NCBI GenBank assembly: GCA_031272505.1
Contig: JAISTQ010000005.1
Location: forward strand, 31,572 to 95,571
Reading direction: 5' to 3'
Length of the DNA stretch: 64,000 nucleotides
Origin: Propionibacteriaceae bacterium
GTDB lineage: Bacteria; Actinomycetota; Actinomycetes; Propionibacteriales; Propionibacteriaceae
Made by a program: the position numbers and the translations under genes. The notes under the pieces are model-generated. The model was not told the DNA's origin. It saw only the letters and a list, made by a program, of their open reading frames with translations, and made no database searches. Every line of letters starts with the position of its first letter. Position 1 is the first letter of the stretch. This document shows positions 46,692 through 57,679 of the stretch, in pieces.

Positions 46692-47738
46692 ATGGGGAAG
46701 AACGTTTTCAAGATCGTCCTGGATCTGATCCTGCTTGTCACCGCCACCTTGCTGTACCACTCCCAAGTTTTGGGGCTGGCGTTCCATGAGATCGCCGGGC
46801 TGTGCATCGCCGGGGTGATCGTGATCCATCTCGCCTTCGGCTGGAAGAGCCTGGTGGGTACCACGAAGCGGCTGTTCGCCAAAGGAACGCCGTGGCGGAT
46901 GCGGGTGCGCTGGATCGTGGGCGCCTGCCTGCTGGTGAGCTTCGCGCTGATCGTGGTCTCCGGCCTGTTCATTTCCGAGATCGTGCTGCCCAGCTCCGGC
47001 GGCGGCCGGGGCGGCTCGTGGCGGGTCATCCACGACTTCTGCGCTGGCTTGACGATCATCTTCGCCGGCGTCCACATCGGCCTGCACTGGGATTTCGTGC
47101 GGGGTGTGGGAAGCAAGGTGTTGAAGATTCCGGCCAACATCGCCCGTCCGCTCTCCTATGGGCTGCTCGCCATCGTGTTGGCCTTCGGCGCCTTCTCGCT
47201 GGTGACCAGCAACCTCGCCAGCTTGCTGATGACCCCGTTCAACGGCACCGGCGGCGGGATGCGGATCGTTACCTCCGGTGGCCAGCCCGGCAATTTCCCC
47301 TCCGATTTCCCCACCGACGGCACCTTCCCCACCGACGGCGCCTTCCCCACGGACGGCACCATGCCGCAGCGCGGCGGTGGCCGGGGCAGCCTGCCCGAAG
47401 GCGAAGGCCCGAGCTTCAACCAAGAGGGCGAGGGGCCGACCTTCAACCAAGAGAGTGATTCCCAAGCCGGCGGGATGCAGGTGTACCCGTCAGACTTCCC
47501 CACCGACTTCCAGTCCGGCGAGGGCGGCCAGATCCGGATCGCGGGCGGCGGCGGCGGCGGCCGGTTCCGTTCCGGCGGCTCGGGCACCGGCTTCGTCGGC
47601 GCCTTGGGCGATTTCGCCACCTACACCTCGATGATGGCGTTGTTTGCCGCAGTTAGCTACCTGATCGCGCGGCGCGGCAAGGACGAAATCGTGGCCCCCG
47701 CACCGGTCCCCGAAGAGACCATCGATCCCACCGAGTGA
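46692..47738 (+). CDS. Membrane protein with DUF4405-like His-containing 4-TM N-terminal module and Gly/FPTDG-repeat C-terminal region
   Basis: N-terminus 'KIVLDLILLVTATLLYHSQVLGLAFHEIAGLCIAGVIVIHLAFGW' with several conserved His. Repeats 'FPSDFPTDGTFPTDGAFPTDG', 'EGEGPSFNQEGEGPTFNQE' and 'GGGGGG'. A C-terminal hydrophobic segment. Confidence 0.6.
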   Translation: MGKNVFKIVLDLILLVTATLLYHSQVLGLAFHEIAGLCIAGVIVIHLAFGWKSLVGTTKRLFAKGTPWRMRVRWIVGACLLVSFALIVVSGLFISEIVLPSSGGGRGGSWRVIHDFCAGLTIIFAGVHIGLHWDFVRGVGSKVLKIPANIARPLSYGLLAIVLAFGAFSLVTSNLASLLMTPFNGTGGGMRIVTSGGQPGNFPSDFPTDGTFPTDGAFPTDGTMPQRGGGRGSLPEGEGPSFNQEGEGPTFNQESDSQAGGMQVYPSDFPTDFQSGEGGQIRIAGGGGGGRFRSGGSGTGFVGALGDFATYTSMMALFAAVSYLIARRGKDEIVAPAPVPEETIDPTE

Positions 47739-47757
47739 GGTAGACTATCCCTTCGCG

Positions 47758-47831
47758 CGGGGCATAGCGCAGCTTGGTAGCGCATCCGCTTTGGGAGCGG
47801 AAGGTCGCAGGTTCAAATCCTGTTGCCCCGA
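47758..47831 (+). tRNA. tRNA-Pro (anticodon UGG)
   Basis: Manual cloverleaf fold: 7-bp acceptor CGGGGCA/TGCCCCG, D-arm GCGC/GCGC, anticodon stem TCCGC/GCGGA with loop TTTGGGA (anticodon TGG), T-arm GCAGG-TTCAAAT-CCTGT. CCA not encoded. Confidence 0.85.
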
Positions 47832-47888
47832 CGAAGCCGAGCATTGGTGGTAGATTGGAGCCGTCCGTTCCCTGTAAGTGAGGCTCAC

Positions 47889-48290
47889 ATGAAAAACCTA
47901 GTCAGAATCCCTACCCTCGTCCTGCTCGCGCTGTTGGTGGTGAGCGGTTGCGCCTCGGGCTCGCCGATCGAGCAATTCGTGGCCGCCGGCCAATCGCAGG
48001 TCGATTCCGTCAAAGAGTCGTTTGGTGACACGTTCAGCTCGGTCGAGTTGTCGGCGGAAGGCGAGAACACCATCGTCTACACCTATGTCTTCGGCACTGA
48101 GCAAGACATCCCGACGATCTCGGCCGGCTTCGAGTCGACGACCAGCACCCTGCAGTCCGGCTGTGACGAGGCGGTCTTCCCGGCGATGCGGCAAGCTGGC
48201 ATCAGCGATCCGGCCGCCAAATACGTATATCTGAACCCAGACGGCACCGAAGTCTGGTCCACCTACATCTATCCCTCCGCGGAGGAGTAG
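47889..48290 (+). CDS. Lipoprotein (DUF4854-like)
   Basis: 'MKNLVRIPTLVLLALLVVSGCASG' lipobox; 133 aa; no catalytic motifs. Confidence 0.6.
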   Translation: MKNLVRIPTLVLLALLVVSGCASGSPIEQFVAAGQSQVDSVKESFGDTFSSVELSAEGENTIVYTYVFGTEQDIPTISAGFESTTSTLQSGCDEAVFPAMRQAGISDPAAKYVYLNPDGTEVWSTYIYPSAEE

Positions 48291-48405
48291 CCACAACGCC
48301 TTGGCTCGTCCCGGTCTCAGGGGAGAACCGGGGCGAGATTTGGCGCGCAATCAGGGGATTAGATGAAAGACTGTACTTACCTAATCCTCGGTTCAAGGAG
48401 AGAAC

Positions 48406-49641
48406 ATGGCTCTTATACAAGCAATTACGGATGCCGCTGGCGGCGTCTTGGCCGACAGCTGGCTCGATTTCTTCTCGATGGACGCAATGGACGACAACGT
48501 CCTGCTCACCAAAGGGACGATCTACACCGGTGGCCGCGGCTCGAACACCAAGGGCTCGGACAACATCATTTCCAACGGTTCGGGCATCGTCGTCTTTGAC
48601 GGGCAGGCTGCTGCGGTGGTCGACAACGGCGTGGTCGTCGAGTTCACCGCCGTGCCCGGCAAGTACACCTACCAGCAGTCCTCAGAGCACACCATCTTCG
48701 AAGGCGGTGGCCTGGCCAGCAACTTGGGCGAGATGTTCCGCCAGGGCATCGAGCGCTTCAAGTATGGCGGCGGCGTCTCGAAGGATCAGCGTGTCTACTA
48801 CTTCAACATCAAGGAGATCAAGGGGAACAAGTACGGCACCTCCAGCCCGATCCCGTTCCGCTTCGTCTATCCGGATCTCAACTTCGCGGTCACCGGCGGG
48901 ATCCGCTGCAACGGCGTCTTCTCCTACCGGATCACCAACCCGCTGCTCTTCTACACCTTCACCGCGGGCAACGTGAATCCGTCCTTCACCCGCGACATGA
49001 TCGACGAGCAGCTCAAGAGCGAGGTCTACACGGCGCTGCAGCCGGCGTTGGGCGAGTTCTCCGCGCGCGGCATCACCTACGACAAGATCACCACCTATGT
49101 GGACGATCTGGCCAAGCTGATGAACGATCAGCTCTCCGCCCAGTGGAAGGATCTGCGCGGCATCGAGATCGTCTCCTTCGGCGTCAATTCGGTGACGGCT
49201 CCGGAAGAGATCGTCAAGAAGATCAACGACCTCGAGTTCGCGAAGGCGATGAGCGATCCGACCGTGGCCGCGGGCCGATTGGCCGCCGCGCAGGCCGACG
49301 CGATGACGACGGCCGCCGCCAACGAGGCGGGCGCGATGACCGGCTTCCTCGGCATGGGGATGGCCGGACAGGCCGGTGGCATGAATCCCGCCCAGCTCTT
49401 CCAGATGGGCCAGGCCGCGCAGCCCGCCGCTCCGGTCGCGCCGGAAGCCGCTCCCGCCGCTCCGGTGGCTCCGGTGGCTCCCGAGGCTCCTGTTGCACCT
49501 GTCGCTCCGGAGGCCCCGGTGGCCGCTGCTCCGGCAGCGCCGCCGGCTCCGCTCTTCGCCTGGACTTGCGCCGCCTGTGGCCATGATGGCAACACCGGCA
49601 AGTTCTGCGAGGAATGCGGCGCACCCAAGCCCGCGGCGTAA
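48406..49641 (+). CDS. SPFH/Band-7 (Band_7_1, YdjI-like) protein with Ala/Pro-rich linker and C-terminal zinc ribbon
   Basis: About 300-aa SPFH-like domain, then (APVAPEA)n repeats and terminal 'CAACGHDGNTGKFCEECG'. Architecture matches B. subtilis YdjI. Confidence 0.7.
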   Translation: MALIQAITDAAGGVLADSWLDFFSMDAMDDNVLLTKGTIYTGGRGSNTKGSDNIISNGSGIVVFDGQAAAVVDNGVVVEFTAVPGKYTYQQSSEHTIFEGGGLASNLGEMFRQGIERFKYGGGVSKDQRVYYFNIKEIKGNKYGTSSPIPFRFVYPDLNFAVTGGIRCNGVFSYRITNPLLFYTFTAGNVNPSFTRDMIDEQLKSEVYTALQPALGEFSARGITYDKITTYVDDLAKLMNDQLSAQWKDLRGIEIVSFGVNSVTAPEEIVKKINDLEFAKAMSDPTVAAGRLAAAQADAMTTAAANEAGAMTGFLGMGMAGQAGGMNPAQLFQMGQAAQPAAPVAPEAAPAAPVAPVAPEAPVAPVAPEAPVAAAPAAPPAPLFAWTCAACGHDGNTGKFCEECGAPKPAA

Positions 49642-49702
49642 CGGCCCGTGCGGTCCCCGGCGCCAGCCGGGGGCTCGGCCATGGCATTGAGAGGAGGTGA
49701 GT

Positions 49703-50797
49703 ATGGCGGTATTGGAGTACAAGTGCCCAAACTGCGGCGGTGCGATCAGTTTTGACGCCACCGCGCAGCAGATGAAGTGCCCGTATTGCGAATCCACGTT
49801 TGACGTCCAGGCGCTGATCCAGCACGACAAGCTGCTCAGCCAGCCGCAGCCGGACGAATCCGTCAACTTCGGCTACGAAGAGCAGCAGTATGCGGACGGC
49901 GAGCTGGCCGGCATGGTCGTCTACTCGTGCACCTCCTGCGGCGGCGAGATCGTGGGCTCGGAGGTGATGGGCGCCACTTCCTGCCCGTTCTGCGGGAACC
50001 CAGTCGTCGTCACCTCGAAATTCTCCGGAGATCTGCGCCCCGATGCCGTCATCCCCTTCAAGCTCACCAAAGAACAGGCCTTGGCGGCGTTGAAGCAGCA
50101 CTATCTGGGCAAAAAGCTGCTGCCGAAGGTCTTCAAGGACCAGAACCACCTCGACGAGATCAAGGGTATCTACGTTCCCTACTGGCTTTTCGACGCGGAC
50201 GCGGTGGCCGATCTGGCCTATCACGCCACCACCGTGTCCACCTGGTCGGATTCGGACAACATCTACACCCGCACGTCACACTACTCGGTGCTGCGCGCCG
50301 GCGCGCTGGGCTTCAACCTGGTGCCGATGGACGGCTCCTCGCGGATGGACGACGCGATGATGGAATCCATCGAGCCCTTCGATTTCTCCCAGGCCGTCGA
50401 TTTCCAGACGGCCTACCTCGCCGGCTTTTTCGCGGATCGCTATGACGTCACCGCCGAGCAGGCGCAGACCCACGTCGCCGACCGGGTGGTGAACTCCACC
50501 GCGAGCGCTTTCCGGCGCACCGTGAGCGGCTACGCCTCCGTCACCACTGAGCGGCAGAGCATCCAACTGCAAAACGGGAAGGTCCGCTACGCGCTGCTGC
50601 CGGTGTGGGTGCTCTCCACCTCCTGGGAGGGCAACGCCTACACCTTCGCCATGAATGGGCAGACGGGCAAGTTCGTCGGCGATCTGCCCATGGACAAGGG
50701 GGCCTTCTGGCGCTGGTTCCTGGCCATCTTCGGCGGCGGCTTGGTGGGGTTCGGCGCGCTGGCCACCTTGCTGCTTTGGGGTGGGGGTGCGTTCTGA
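49703..50797 (+). CDS. Zinc-ribbon membrane protein (YdjG-like)
   Basis: Three CxxC pairs at the N-terminus ('CPNCGG...CPYCES', 'CTSCGG...CPFCGN') and a C-terminal TM helix. GAGGAGG RBS 5 nt upstream of the ATG. Confidence 0.7.
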   Translation: MAVLEYKCPNCGGAISFDATAQQMKCPYCESTFDVQALIQHDKLLSQPQPDESVNFGYEEQQYADGELAGMVVYSCTSCGGEIVGSEVMGATSCPFCGNPVVVTSKFSGDLRPDAVIPFKLTKEQALAALKQHYLGKKLLPKVFKDQNHLDEIKGIYVPYWLFDADAVADLAYHATTVSTWSDSDNIYTRTSHYSVLRAGALGFNLVPMDGSSRMDDAMMESIEPFDFSQAVDFQTAYLAGFFADRYDVTAEQAQTHVADRVVNSTASAFRRTVSGYASVTTERQSIQLQNGKVRYALLPVWVLSTSWEGNAYTFAMNGQTGKFVGDLPMDKGAFWRWFLAIFGGGLVGFGALATLLLWGGGAF

Positions 50798-51759
50798 TGG
50801 CGATGTTGCGAAAGGCGCTGGCGGCGGTGGCCGTCACCATGCTCACGCTGTTTGCGGCGGTGGCGCCCGCGGCGGCGGATACCGGGCTGGGCCGGGTGGC
50901 CGAGGGCGAGCGGCTGCCCCGCTTTGTGGACGACATGGGCCTGCTCACCGCAGACGAGGCGGCCGCGTTGACGGCGAAGCTGGACGAAATCTCGCTGCGT
51001 CACAACTTCGACGTGGTGGTGGTCGACGTCGCCGCCCTTGATGACCGCGAAGCCCGCCTCTATGCGGCCGATTTCTACGAGGAGAACTTTTACGGCCTGG
51101 ACGAGGAGCATTCCGGGGCCATCTTGCTGCTGGCGATGGAAGATCGCGATTTCGGCTTCGCCACCACCGGCACCGGCATCGCGGCCTTCACCGTTGCCGG
51201 CCAGAAATACCTGGATACCTTATTCCTGCCGCAGTTGGGCGAGGATGACTGGTATGGCGGCTTCACCGGCTATGCCGACGCGGTGGATGATTTCCTGAAT
51301 CACTACGAGGCGGGCGATCCTTACGACTACAGCAACATCCCGGACACGTCCGAAGACGACGACGACGAGGGCAGCTACTACCCCGAATACGATCCGTATC
51401 CGCAATACGATCCCGACCAGAACACCGGCAACCGGAAGAGCAACGACCACACGTCCACCATCGTGATGTTCTACGGTGGGGCCTTGGTGCTGGCGCTGAT
51501 CGCCGCGCTCAGCGTGCTGCTTTCCTGGAAGGGCAAGCTCAAATCGGTGAAAGCCCGCACCGAGGCGGACGACTACATCCGCAAGGGCAGCTTCGTGCTC
51601 ACCGCCCAGTCGGACACCTTCCTCTATTCGAACGTGGTCGCCGTGCCCCGCCCCAAGGACACCGATTCCGGCGGCGGCAGCTTCGGCTCGCACGGCTCCT
51701 TCGGCGGATTCAGCTCTTCGGGCGGTTCGAGTTTCTCCGGCCATTCGGGAAAGTTTTAG
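50797..51759 (+). CDS. TPM-domain (YgcG/YdjH-like) membrane protein with Gly/Ser-rich C-terminal tail
   Basis: Signal peptide; 'FVDDMGLLTADEAAALTAKLDEIS...VVVV' TPM motif; TM helix; C-terminal 'GGGSFGSHGSFGGFSSSGGSSFSG'. Start overlaps the previous stop (TGATG). Confidence 0.7.
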   Translation: MAMLRKALAAVAVTMLTLFAAVAPAAADTGLGRVAEGERLPRFVDDMGLLTADEAAALTAKLDEISLRHNFDVVVVDVAALDDREARLYAADFYEENFYGLDEEHSGAILLLAMEDRDFGFATTGTGIAAFTVAGQKYLDTLFLPQLGEDDWYGGFTGYADAVDDFLNHYEAGDPYDYSNIPDTSEDDDDEGSYYPEYDPYPQYDPDQNTGNRKSNDHTSTIVMFYGGALVLALIAALSVLLSWKGKLKSVKARTEADDYIRKGSFVLTAQSDTFLYSNVVAVPRPKDTDSGGGSFGSHGSFGGFSSSGGSSFSGHSGKF

Positions 51760-51829
51760 CCCAGATTCGGTGTGGGGACGTAACTGAAGCGGCACACAAC
51801 GTTATCCTTGGATGGTCGGAAGGAGTCCG

Positions 51830-52228
51830 GTGAAGACAGCAAGGCTTACCGCGCTGATTTTTGCAGCGCTTGATGTGGTGTTGGCGGTGGCGATCATCGT
51901 GCTGGTCGCCACGGGCGGGTCCAGCCCCACGAAGTACATCGCCGAGATCGAGGTGCAGGAGCAGGCGGGCTCGGTCGTCAAGACGGCGAACTACCTGCCC
52001 ATCCTGGATGAGAGCGTCGATTGGGCGGAGCTGCCCCAGGAGCAGCGGATCGAGATCGCCCGCGCGGCCTGCAAAGAGGCGCTGGCGCAGATCGCCGCCG
52101 ACGAGACGGTCGTCTACAACATCCTGGGTTTGACGTCCACCAAGAGTCCCGCCTTCCTCTATGCTCCCGAGCCGGAGAAGGTACAGATCATTGTGGACAA
52201 CGAGATGGTAGGGGAGGCTGAGCTATGA
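51830..52228 (+). CDS. Small membrane-anchored hypothetical protein
   Basis: GTG start after an AAGGAG RBS. One N-terminal TM helix. Overlaps the next gene by 4 nt. Confidence 0.5.
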   Translation: MKTARLTALIFAALDVVLAVAIIVLVATGGSSPTKYIAEIEVQEQAGSVVKTANYLPILDESVDWAELPQEQRIEIARAACKEALAQIAADETVVYNILGLTSTKSPAFLYAPEPEKVQIIVDNEMVGEAEL

Positions 52229-52731
52229 GCAAAGCAGACAAAGCCAAATCCAAGGCCACCCCTCCTGAAGACAACGGCAGCGAGCTTTCGCCGGCCGATC
52301 TGCTCAATTTTGAGTTTGACGAGCCGGATGAGGTTGATCCAGCCGAGCTGATCGATTTCGAGGCTCCCGCCGAACCGGAGCCGGAAGTCGTCGAACCCGA
52401 ACCGGAACCCGAGCCGGAGCCGGAACCCGAGCCGGAACCCGAGCCCGAGCCCGAGCCGGAACCCGAGCCGGAGCCAGAACCCGAACCGGAGCCCGAGCCC
52501 GAGCCCGAGCCCGAGCCGGAAGTGGTCCTGGAGGAGCCGGAACCCAAGCCGGAAGCCGCGGCGGAGCCCGTCGCTCTAGCTGAACCCGCCGATGCGGCCG
52601 CTGCGGCGGAACCCGAGGGGGAGGAAGCTGCCGCGCCCGCCAAACCCAAGCCTTGGCCGCTCTACGCGCTGATCCTGGGCACCATCGCGGTAGTGGAAGC
52701 CATCGTCGTCATTGTCCTCGCCAGCGGGTAG
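52225..52731 (+). CDS. Acidic (Glu-Pro)22 dipeptide-repeat protein with C-terminal TM anchor
   Basis: 168 aa with 22 consecutive EP repeats (52393-52527) and C-terminal '[25 protein letters not shown]'. Confidence 0.6.
   Translation: MSKADKAKSKATPPEDNGSELSPADLLNFEFDEPDEVDPAELIDFEAPAEPEPEVVEPEPEPEPEPEPEPEPEPEPEPEPEPEPEPEPEPEPEPEPEPEVVLEEPEPKPEAAAEPVALAEPADAAAAAEPEGEEAAAPAKPKPWPLYALILGTIAVVEAIVVIVLASG
52393..52527 (+). repeat. (GAR-CCN)22 hexanucleotide coding repeat encoding (Glu-Pro)22
   Basis: gaaccc/gagccg units, directly visible in the sequence. Confidence 0.9.
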
Positions 52732-52758
52732 CTAAGCGTAGCTAACTCTTATGGCAGC

Positions 52759-53220
52759 TTATGGCAGCGGGAGTTCGCGCCCGTCGTCAAGCTCGATAAT
52801 CTCTTCGACGCGGCGGGTGTGGCGTTCGCCGCCGACGAAGCTGGATTCGATGAAGGTGTCCACGATCATCAGCGCCAACTCCGGGCCCACCACCCGCGCC
52901 CCGAGAGCGAGCATGTTGGCGTTGTTGTGCTCGCGGGCCATCTTCGCGGAGAACGGCTCGGAGCAGATCACGCAGCGGATGCCGTGGATCTTGTTCGCCG
53001 CGATGCCGATGCCGACGCCGGTGCCGCAGATGATGATGCCCAGCTCGGCCGCGCCGGAGACGACTTTCGCGGCGGCGGCCGCTCCCCAGAGCGGATAGTC
53101 GGTGCTCTGCGTGGAATCGGTGCCCAGGTCGTCAACCTGATGCCCGGCGGCAACCAGGTGGGCGGCGATGAAGGCTTTCAATTCAGGGGACGAATGGTCA
53201 CCAGCGAGAACGATGCGCAT
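52759..53220 (-). CDS. rpiB: Ribose-5-phosphate isomerase B, second copy
   Basis: 'GIIICGTGVGIGIAANKIHGIRC' and 'MRIVLAGDHS'. Start placed at Met35 of the maximal ORF. Confidence 0.85.
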   Translation of the reverse strand: MRIVLAGDHSSPELKAFIAAHLVAAGHQVDDLGTDSTQSTDYPLWGAAAAAKVVSGAAELGIIICGTGVGIGIAANKIHGIRCVICSEPFSAKMAREHNNANMLALGARVVGPELALMIVDTFIESSFVGGERHTRRVEEIIELDDGRELPLP

Positions 53221-53224
53221 AGCG

Positions 53225-53230
53225 CTATAA
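53225..53230 (+). promoter_or_regulatory. Consensus -10 hexamer TATAAT, 7 nt upstream of the leader-peptide GTG
   Basis: Exact TATAAT. Spacing is consistent with a leaderless transcript beginning at the GTG. Confidence 0.35.
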
Positions 53231-53237
53231 TAGCCCT

Positions 53238-53279
53238 CGTGTTTGCGCGACTGCTGCTTGGTTGCCGCAGCGAGGCCTA
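53238..53279 (+). CDS. Candidate leuA leader peptide MFARLLLGCRSEA (Leu-Leu-Leu)
   Basis: 13-codon ORF with three consecutive Leu codons (CTG CTG CTT). Its 3' end overlaps the 5' arm of a hairpin. Confidence 0.4.
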
Positions 53280-53299
53280 ATCCCCAGGCTTCCTCGCTG
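53266..53299 (+). promoter_or_regulatory. Attenuator-like hairpin GCAGCGAGG-(16 nt)-CCTCGCTGC upstream of leuA
   Basis: Perfect 9-bp inverted repeat; weak U-tract (GAGTTTG) after it. Confidence 0.4.
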
Positions 53300-53338
53300 C
53301 GGAGTTTGCCCGCGCCTGACACCCCAACTCACAGATAG

Positions 53339-56509
<3,171 letters not shown>

Positions 56510-56533
56510 GCGCTCCTCCGGGTGTAGTTATGC

Positions 56534-57628
56534 CTAGTGAAGCTCGCCTTTGCGGAATCGGGAGTCCAGGTAGAGCAGCACGGTGAGCGATTCGCTGAAG
56601 GGCGTGATGAACACCGAGACGGCATAGAGCAGGATCGCGAAGACGATCAAGCTCCCGATAGCGAATGCCACGCCAAAGCCGATGCCGCCGATCACTTCGG
56701 CGGGGATGCCGACGATCAGGCTGCCCAGCAGCGAGATGCCGACGATGCGCCAGAATGAGCCTTTCACCAGCGCGCGGGAGCGCTTGAAGGCGGCGATCGG
56801 GGAGCAGTCCTCCAAGATCACCACGGTGGGCACGAAGAACAGCCGGAACAACACGAAGAACAGGATGATGGCGGCGATGAAGTGCAGCAGCGCTCCGATG
56901 CCCATCATGGGGGCGTTCCTTTGGATACCGCCGACCATGAACAAGATGGTGGGGATGGCGAGGGTGGCATAGACGATCAGCACCAGCAGGATCTCCGCCC
57001 CGATCAGCGGCAGCAGCCGCCCGATTTTCGCTTTGAAGGCCTCGGATAGCGTCACCTTGTTGCCGTAGGCGGCCTGGGCGGCGCCGTAGGGGAGAGTCAC
57101 CGAGAGCGGCAGCAGCACCAGCGTCGCCAAGAGCAACAGCACCGACATCTGGATCATCCGTCCGGGTGACAAGTATGCGCTGAGGTATTCCATGAGCACT
57201 TCCGGATCAGGGCCTAGCTCGATGTTCGTCCGCACATAGGAGATCAAGATGCCGAAGATCCCAAAGACGCCGGAGAACCACATCAGCACCATGGAGATGC
57301 CCCCGAAGATGGCTGGGGCTCCGAGCATCAGGCCGGGGTTGAATCTAATGGTCTTGAAAGCGCCGCTGAGGATGTCACCCAAGGACATCGGTCGCAGCGG
57401 CACCGTCCCCACGGGCGCCGGCTCCGGCGGAATCGAGTAGCCCTGCGGGGATTGCGGTTGCGCTTGGTATTGCGGCTGGGCCGGGTATTGGGGCTGGGCC
57501 GGATATTGCGGCTGGGCCGGGTATTGGGGCTGGGCCGGGTATTGGCCTGGCGGTGGCGTCTGGTAGGCCGGAGGTTGCGGCTCCGGGGGACGTGGTTGTT
57601 GTGGATCAGGGGGTGGGTACTCCGTCAT
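56534..57628 (-). CDS. Membrane protein with N-terminal Pro/Gln-rich (QPQYPA)5 repeat region and polytopic C-terminal domain
   Basis: 'YPAQPQ' x5 encoded by 18-nt repeats at about 57466-57557, followed by about 6 TM segments. No assignable family. Confidence 0.6.
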   Translation of the reverse strand: MTEYPPPDPQQPRPPEPQPPAYQTPPPGQYPAQPQYPAQPQYPAQPQYPAQPQYQAQPQSPQGYSIPPEPAPVGTVPLRPMSLGDILSGAFKTIRFNPGLMLGAPAIFGGISMVLMWFSGVFGIFGILISYVRTNIELGPDPEVLMEYLSAYLSPGRMIQMSVLLLLATLVLLPLSVTLPYGAAQAAYGNKVTLSEAFKAKIGRLLPLIGAEILLVLIVYATLAIPTILFMVGGIQRNAPMMGIGALLHFIAAIILFFVLFRLFFVPTVVILEDCSPIAAFKRSRALVKGSFWRIVGISLLGSLIVGIPAEVIGGIGFGVAFAIGSLIVFAILLYAVSVFITPFSESLTVLLYLDSRFRKGELH

Positions 57629-57679
57629 GGTTCTCTCCTCTCAACATGACTTGATAACAACTCTATAACAAGTCACTTC

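Noticed and set aside
47758-48300. Prophage or integrative element at tRNA-Pro
   Set aside because: No integrase, excisionase, phage structural genes or flanking direct repeat of the tRNA 3' end detected downstream.
48682-49866. 394-aa minus-strand ORF opposite the SPFH gene
   Set aside because: Antisense; Gly/Arg low-complexity.
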